From assembly GCA_965215125.1 (NCBI GenBank), contig OZ244052.1, positions 416,001 to 480,000 on the forward strand: a stretch of DNA of 64,000 bases, in the 5' to 3' direction. The translations under genes were made by a program, and so were the position numbers. The stretch is from an uncultured candidatus Porisulfidus sp. (lineage in GTDB: Bacteria; Pseudomonadota; Gammaproteobacteria; Poriferisulfidales; Oxydemutatoraceae). The notes below the pieces were generated by a model. The model was not told where the DNA came from, did no database searches, and worked only from the letters and a program-made list of their open reading frames with translations. The first letter of the stretch is position 1; each line of letters begins with the position of its first letter. Positions 12,301 to 21,300 of the stretch are shown in pieces.

Positions 12301-15300
12301 GTGCCGACCAGACCACCGACATGCGCACCTCCGACTATATCTACACCCGTCAAACCGATACCTTCTATTACGACATCGCTTTTGCTACCGTCTAGCACAC
12401 CGAACAGTCCGATATAGTCGCTATCCGGTCTATTCACTCTCAAATTAGAAATCGTATAGCCGTTGCCTTTGAATATTGCCGTGAACGGATGTAGCGAGGT
12501 GCCTATCGGCTGCCAGCCTGACCCGGTAGTCCAGGCGGTGTTCACGCTCCCTGCTCGGTAATGTGCCGGATTATCAAAGTCTAAATCTCGCAACAGCTCA
12601 TAGCCTTTGCAGCCGGTCATCGGACAACCTTTGGCACTTTCTATCAATACACCATCGGCGTTTTGATGCCTAAGACTTCTGCCGTCCAACGCATTGCGTA
12701 TCGCATCCAAGTCTTCCAGTGTTAGAATATCTATCAACCCATCTTTATCGGTATCCACATCCTCTTCAAAACCGGAAGAGAAATAATCGACTTCAAAGCG
12801 ATATCGGATGCGTCGCGCCCCCGAAACTTCAACACTAATCACGGTCGTCGCAGTGGAACGCAATACAATTGCCGAACTGCTGGTGCCGGTTTTGACCGTC
12901 TCGTCAAAACCATTATCACTAACGATGCGAATGGTTGCATCCTCATCCAATGCATTCGGTGTCAAATGTAACTGCTTTATGTTTACATCCAACTCTACGC
13001 CGATACGATAATACAATTTAGTCGTATCGAAGTTCGGAGATAGCGTCACAACTTCTGCAATCGTTAAACTTGTCAAACCATAAGACTGCAAGCCGGTGAG
13101 CGTGCTTTCGGTGTTGGTGGTATATTTAAGAATTGGATAACGATTTACATCGCCGAAATGCCAATCGCTATCGTCCCACCGGTAATACACCCTACCGGCA
13201 TCCGACGATTGACCGGTGCCCGATTGTAGTTGCACGGTAGTCTTGCCGACACCGCCGGCAGATTCATGTAGGTTGCTCGTAGCGATATCCCAATAGCTAT
13301 TTACCGCAATACCCCCGACATTGCTACCGATTAGCCCTCCCGTAGCAACCGTATACGAGGTGCATGCAGGCACACCGGTGCATACGATATCTGCCGTCGC
13401 ATAACTGTCGCGAACCGAACCACCGTTGTCACCGATCAAACCACCGATGAGTGCGACTCCTTCGACACCACCGCTTGCATAAGTGTTTGCAATAGAACCG
13501 AGGTTCAAGGCGGCCAAACCGCCGATGCCGGTGTCGCCCGATACACGACTCAAGCTATAGCTGTTTGTAATCACCCCGGTACTTTCGTTGCGAGCGACCA
13601 AACCACCGACTATACGACCTCCCGATACCGCACCGTAAGCATAACTATTAGAAATCCGGCCGACATTGTAGGCAACCAAACCCCCGACGGCATGTTCTCC
13701 GACCACCGTGCCATCGACAGAGCTGTTGTTTATAATCCCGGCATTATAGGCGGTCAGACTTCCGACACCGAAGCGACCTCCGACCTCTACATCCGCCAAA
13801 TTAACATTTCTGACTTGTGCACCGTCGGCTAATGCCGCAAACAAACCGACATTTTCGATATTGCTCCTATCGGTACGTAGATTTGAAATGGTACGATTTT
13901 TGCCGTCGAATATCCCGCTAAAACACCTATTACTAGGATGATTACATTCATCGGCATCACCGTTCAATGCAATATATCCTATCGGCTGCCAGTAGGCAAA
14001 ACGCATAGCGTCGCTAAGGTCTAGATCTTGCGCCAATTCATAACCTTCGCAACCGGTCTCGGGACATCCTTCGGTGATTTTCATATCGTCGCGACTCGCT
14101 TTATAACCGCTACCGTCCAGTTGATAGCGAATCGCATTTAGGTCCTCCGCACTGCGAACCTCTATCAAGCCGTTGTTATCTTCGTCTATATCATTGACGG
14201 TAATAAAAGGATGTTTGCTTACCTCAAAACGATAGATCGTCGTTTGCGTAGTCATAGATACCAGAGGATCCTCCACTGTCAGCGTCAGCAAAAAGTTATT
14301 GAGATTGTCTATTATTAGACTAAGCGTTTTACCACTTCGTAATTCTTGCCGTGGATTCGTTTCGCTATCGTCGTTGACTACAATAACTGCATTCGGGTTA
14401 AATGTATACGGAATAATACTAAATTCACGCGCATCGCTTTTTAATATCAACTCGTAATCGTATATCCCGGAATTAAAGTCGGGTCTTAATAGTAAAACCT
14501 GACCGGGTAGATTTGAGCGCGCTATATTGCTTAAGCCAATACGCTGATTTGGCAACCAAGTTCCACACACCGGCAGTGCGGTATCGGCATCTTCGGCTTC
14601 TAGGCACGCCGGGCGAGTAATTATATCGGTAGCACTGGTATACCTTAATACCGGATATTGACCGGACTCGGAATACCAATCGTTGCGATGCCATCGGCTA
14701 TAGATCCCTTCTCCGATCGCAGCTGTTTGGAGCTCTGTTGTCGTCTTGCCGATACCGTTGAAATTATTATTGTCATCTCTCACTGTACTTGTACCGACAT
14801 CCCAATAACTTTGAATAGCGGAAAAATTGATCCGAACACTACCTATTAATCCCTCACTACGACCCGATATTTTACCGATTGCATAGCTGCTGATAATGCT
14901 ATTACTTGCGCCACCGACCAACCCCCCTACAGACCGACTTCCGATAACCGCAACATCTGCATAACTATTCAAGATACTTATTTGTGATAAGCCTACTAAA
15001 CCCCCTACGAATTCGTTGCCGCTAACCGTACCCTTCGCATAACTATTGTAGATTCTTGAACCCGATTGGCTACCGCCGGCTAAACCACCGACAAAATTAG
15101 TCCCGGCGACCGTAGCATTTGTGTAGCTATTAACGATCACACCCGAATTCCTACCGGTCAATCCACCTACATAAGAAGCACCGCGGACATCACCGCCTAT
15201 TACATAGCTACTGACAATCTCACCGCGATTCTCGCCTACCAAAGCCCCGATATTAGATTGACCGTTAACATTAATATCCGCAGCGAGTAAGCCGATGTTC

Positions 15301-18300
15301 TCAATTCTCGCACCGTCCGCCGAAACACCGAATAAACCGATATCACCGGCAGGGATATCGTGTATCCTCAAATTTGATATCGTGTGTGCATTACCGTTTA
15401 ATAAACTGCCGAAAGGATTGCTACGGTTTCCTATCGGTTGCCACCCTGCACCGGTCGTCCACATCGAGTTGACCCTACCCACACGATAACTACCGGGATC
15501 GTTAAAGTCTAAGTCTCTGCTCAGTTTATAACCCTTGCATCGCCTCATGTTGTCTTCGGTGTCTATAGGGCAATCCTCCAAAACATTGGACAGACGCTCT
15601 ATAGGATTACGCATCAGGTTCAAGTCCTCTAGATAATCAATCGTTATCAAACCATCTACTACCTCAATATTGTGCAGTACCCTAATCGTGTAGAATGTCG
15701 ACATACTTTGATTTGCGGATCTCACCGTAATTACAATACCGTCTAAGTCGTCGCTTAGAGTGAACAATGAACTTTGCCCGCTACTTGTGGATGAGTGCAA
15801 GCTACCTGCATCTATGGTGATCGTATCGGTGTCGTAATAGGCAGTCGGTGTGATACGAAATGTGATGCCCGAATCGACGACTAGATCATAGTCGTATATC
15901 TCGGGATTAAATGACGGAGTCAAGTGTGCATTTTTTGAAAGCTCCATCCGAGTCAGCCCGGTACGCTGCCCGGGTAACAAGGTTCCGCAGGTCGGTAATT
16001 TCATATCCGCCGGTGATGTTTCGCACGCACGATTATCCTTATCATCGCCTGCCGCATAAAGCAAGGCCGGATATTGCTCTGCATTACCGAAGTGCCAATC
16101 GGCTCTGTCCCATCCGGTATAGATATCATCCGACGGCACACCGGCTTTAAGTGCCGCTGCAGTTTTATCGATGCCGACGAGTGAGTCGATCCCGGAGATA
16201 ACTGCACCTTTTCTATAGTAGCTATTATTAAATGTTCCTTCGCCGGAGCTTACCGCAACCAGACCTCCCACTCTACCATTATCGACCTGCACATCACCGG
16301 CTGCATAGCTATCGTTAACAATGGAACTCCCACTGCCGTTTGTTCCCACCAAACCTCCGGCGATACCGCTATTGACTCGCACATCGCCGCCGGCATAACT
16401 ATTAACAATGGAACCACCTTGAATCTCACCGACTAAGCCTCCCACAAAACCGGTTGTTGCTTCTATGTTGACATACGCATAACTATTGACGATTTTACCG
16501 AGCCTGTTTCTACCGACCAAACCACCGACGACATTGATTCCGCCTCCGCTATCTACGAGCTTGCCGTCTGCGTAGCTATTGATAATCGTGCCGGAGTTGA
16601 AGGCGGCTATACTACCGATAAGACTCTGCCCGGCAATATCTACATTCACCAAACCGAGATTCTCAACTCTGCCACCGGCTCCGATCGCTGCGAATAAACC
16701 CATATTGTCGGTATTATTTGCTTTTATGGTCAAATTAGAAATCGTGTAGCCGTTGCCTCTAAATAAACCGGTAAAAGGTTCACTCGGACTACCTATGGGT
16801 TGCCAACCAATCCCGGCAAGGTCTATATCGGCAGTCAGTTCATATCCTATACATCCGCTGGAACAATAGATTGCATCGGCAGTTTCGCTCTCTTGATAGG
16901 CATCGCCGTCCATACGGTGGCGGACGGCATTCAAATGTGTCGCATTGCTAATATCTATGAATCCGTCGTCGTCTTCGTCTATGCTTTGAACTACGATGTC
17001 GAGCCGATCGACGACGAATCGATATCGATACGAATGTCGCTTACCGTCTTTTACGACCAAACTAAAAACCGTATCGCCGGTGTCGTTCAACGGTATCGGT
17101 ACCGTCCATTCACCGCTATCGGTTTCTCCTATTGAGGTGCCATCCTTAAAAACTTCAATACTTGCTATTGCATTAAACGCAGTCGGTAACATGCGAATAG
17201 TACTCCGATCGGCATTGACCGATATACCGTAATCAAATGATGTAAATGCAAAAGGACCGGATAAACCTGCGCCTTCGGATAATTTTAGTTCTCGCAATAA
17301 GCTCCCTTGATGACGAAGCAAGGTGCCGCAATCAGCGGGACGATTCTGAGTGCTTGCCGCATCACAATATGCATCACTATCGGTAGAGTCGGCACGCAAA
17401 TTATACTTAACCGCCGGATATTGCTCATCGCTGCCGAAATCCCAGTTATCGCCACTCCAGCTTGTATAAATACCGGTTGCACTCGTCGGTGATTGAAGCA
17501 CAACGGTGCGTTTACTCTCTCCCAAAGTCACATTGGTTCTAGAAATATCTTTGTCCAAATAAATTGCCTTAGCAGTCGGTGCACGCTGATCGCTCGGATC
17601 TCTATTGCCACCGAATAAGCCTTGCGGCACATCGGCTTTGGTTGCCGAAACACTCGCATAGCTGTTGCCGATTTCAACAGCCGACGATGAACGCACCCCG
17701 ATCAAGCCGCCTATAAATCCGTCATCGTGTTTTCCGGCAATCTCGCCGACCACATAGCTGTCGGTGATAGTTAAATCGGAGTCTACATCGCCGACCAAAC
17801 CCCCGGCAACCGCCGATCGACCGTCGACGGCGAGATTACCGATAAAATAACTGTTGCTAATTCGGGCATGCCCATCGCTCGTTGCACTAATAGTATTGAC
17901 CAAACCGGCGGCAGCGGCGACTCCTTCTATATCTCCTATCACATAGCTATTGCTTATCGTACACCGCTTACACGATGCAGCAATTCCGGCAACCACATCC
18001 CCTTTAATATTCACACCCGTTAATCCGATACCGTCTATATAGGCAACACGACTATCGCTACCGATGGTTGCAAAAAGACCTCCGTTTGTTCCCACGCTTA
18101 AATTGGCAATCGTTTTATTATTGCCTTTGAGTATAGCGGTGAAAGGTCCTTGTATAGGAAACCAATTATTTATACCCGTCCATCGCCCCATATTCTCCTC
18201 GGCATTGCGATAGCTACCGACATCGTTAAAATCCAAATCTCTTAGCAATTCATAACCACGACATCCCTCTCTCGGACAGCCCAAAGTAATCTTATCCGAC

Positions 18301-21300
18301 CCGATATTCGCTCTATAGCCGCTACCGTCCAACTGATAGCGTATTGCATCCAAATCTTCCAAATAATTGATATCGACGAGACCGTCGCCGTCTGCATCGA
18401 TGAGCCTATGACCGGAGTAGCTCAGATAAAGCGTATATCCAACCGTCCGTGTGCCTTCTACTTCAATAATCACTTCTTTTACTTCGCCATTTTTCAACGA
18501 AATCGGCAAGCTCGTATCGTGACTGTCTAGGGTTTCTCGTATATCTCCTATAACATGAATATGCGCAGTTGATTCCATCGCAACCGGGATCAACCGTACA
18601 ATAGGACGATCATTGAGGATGGTAATAGAATAAACATTGTTTTGGTTGAGCTTTTCGATATCAACCGGTGTGAAAAATCTCGCGTTGCCCGCCGCACTTA
18701 GACTACGCAAACCGTAGCGTAATCCCGGCGATATTAGATCGCCGCATTGCGGCAACTCCGATAGACCACATGCGGCTTTGTCCGAACCCGGTGCATATTT
18801 AAGAGTCGGATATTGCTTATCGGTGCCGAAATCCCAATCGTCGGTATCCCAATCTTTATAAATGCTATTCGTCGGCATCGTAGGAGTTGACGATTGAAGC
18901 TGTGCCGAGGTCTGCCCCATCCCGTTGCGACTTCCGGCAGCAATCGTGTCGGTATTCCAGTAGCTTTCGATAATTGCATCACTGGCGTCACTGGCATTGA
19001 TCCCGACTAAACTGCCTCTGGTGTTGCTACCACCGCCGAGTTTGCCGATCGCATAACTATTTTTTATAGCACCGAGGTTATATCCAACCAGTCCGCCCGC
19101 TATAGCTCCAACAATACTCACCGTTGCATAACCGTTAATGATCTGTGCTTCCGAGCCATTCCAACCAACCAGACCTCCTTTAATAGAACTTCTTGTCAAA
19201 ATTTTTCCGCTTGCATAACTATTAGCAATTAGACTCCGATTACGACCCACCAACCCACCAAACCGCGAGCCTGCCAAACCCGGCGTTACGATACTATCGC
19301 CATGACTATTGATAATCCTACCGTTGTTATCTCCGACCAAACCACCGACCGATGAAAATCCGGAAACTTGACCCAGCGCATAACTGCCGATAATGTCTCC
19401 ATGCTCGTTACTTGCAACCAGACCGCCGGCCGTGCCCTCCATGCTTTTTGATACAACACTGCCACTAACATAGCTATTGACAACTCGTCCATGGTTGGTG
19501 CCTATTAGTCCGGCAACTTTAGCTCCACCTTCTATTTTTAGGTTCAACAAACCGATATTGCTTATGACGGCACTAGCTGTAGTAACACCGAATAAACTTT
19601 GATTGTCGGCATCATCTCTATTTATCTGCAAACCCGATATCGTATAACCATTGCCGTCGAAGCGACCGGCAAAAGGCTCCGACTCGTTGCCTATAGGCAC
19701 CCAACCTGCATCGCCGGCATCCTGGTAATTATCTACCGTCCAAAAAATCCTATTCAACGGATCCAGATAACTCTCACTGTCTTCAAAATCCAAGTCCCTA
19801 GCTAACTTATAAGAAGCCTGCGGCCGCCGATGTATCGCACGCAAGTCTTCCAGATAGTTGATCGGCGTAAACTCAGCAGTGTTTTGATAATCGATATACA
19901 GTGTATAACCCACCGTTACCGTTCCCTGCACTTCAATGTGAATACGCGTCATACCGATTGCACTCAAAGAGATTGCTTTACTCGTCTCGCCACTTCGGAT
20001 GCGGTCGTAGACAGTCTTATCGTCGCCGATGCGAAAATTGATCGGTGCCGTCGGTTCTATCGTCGTCGGAATTAACCGAATCGCATTGTCGGTACTGCGC
20101 AGACTGCCGATATAAATACCGCTTCGGTTTTGTGCCTCTATATCAAACTCGGGAGATAAAACAACACCGTCCGCCGTCGCCAAACTACGCAAACCATAGC
20201 GCAAGCGCGGCGATATCAACTCGCCGCATTGCGGCAATCCCGGCACACCGCAGGCATCGCCGTCGGGTCCCGGTGCATATTTGAGTATCGGATACTGCGC
20301 GCTGTTGCCGAAATCCCAATCGGCATCGTCCCATTCTTCGTATATCCCGATTGACGCAGTGGGTAATTGCATTTGTCGCGTACTCTGCCCACTCCCGTGA
20401 CCATTTTGTACACCTCCAATCTCGACATTCCAATAGCTTGCTCTAATGCTTCCTCCATTGATCGCAACCAAACCGCCGCCGCTTCCCTGCACCCTACCGA
20501 CGGCATAACTGTTGCTAACCATTGCCGCAGCTATTTGATTAGTACCGACCAAGCCACCGACACTACTATTTCCGGAAACTTCGCCGTCTGCATAGCTGTT
20601 AGTTATAGACCCTCTGTTGATACCAATTAAACCCCCTACGAACACATTCCCTCTCACATCACCATCGGCATAGCTATTGATGACACGCGAAGCAATACCA
20701 TTCAAGCCTACAAGTCCACCAACATTAGATGTTGCTAACACACTACCATTTGCGTAACTGTTGATAATCGTACCGAAGTTGCTTCCGGCGAGCCCACCGA
20801 TATATTGCCTCCCTTCTATCCTTACATTAGGCAAGCCTATATTTCTTATGCTAGCCGCAGATCCCAAAGCACCGAATAAACCTTGATAGTCGGCATCATC
20901 TCTATTTATCTGCAAATTAAATATCGTATGACCATCACCGTTAAAAATGCCTGTGAAACGATTTTTAGAAATACCTATAGGCAACCAGCCGGTGTCCGCA
21001 TCGTTGCCGTAATCGGCTACCGTCCATTGCGCTTTATTGATCGGGTCGCGGTAGCTCGCATCCGAGTTGAAATCCAAATCTCGCACTAATTTGTATTTGC
21101 CGTTTAGTTGATTGCGTATCGCATTCAAATCTTCTAAGTAGTAAATATCTCTAAAACCGTCATCCTCTACGACCTTCATCACCGATACCGGCTCGGATAC
21201 GATGCGATGATCATAACCTTGATTGTCGCGATAATCCAACCATACACGATAGCCGATGTTATTGATTTCCGATAACACCGTAGGTATCTGATAACGCATT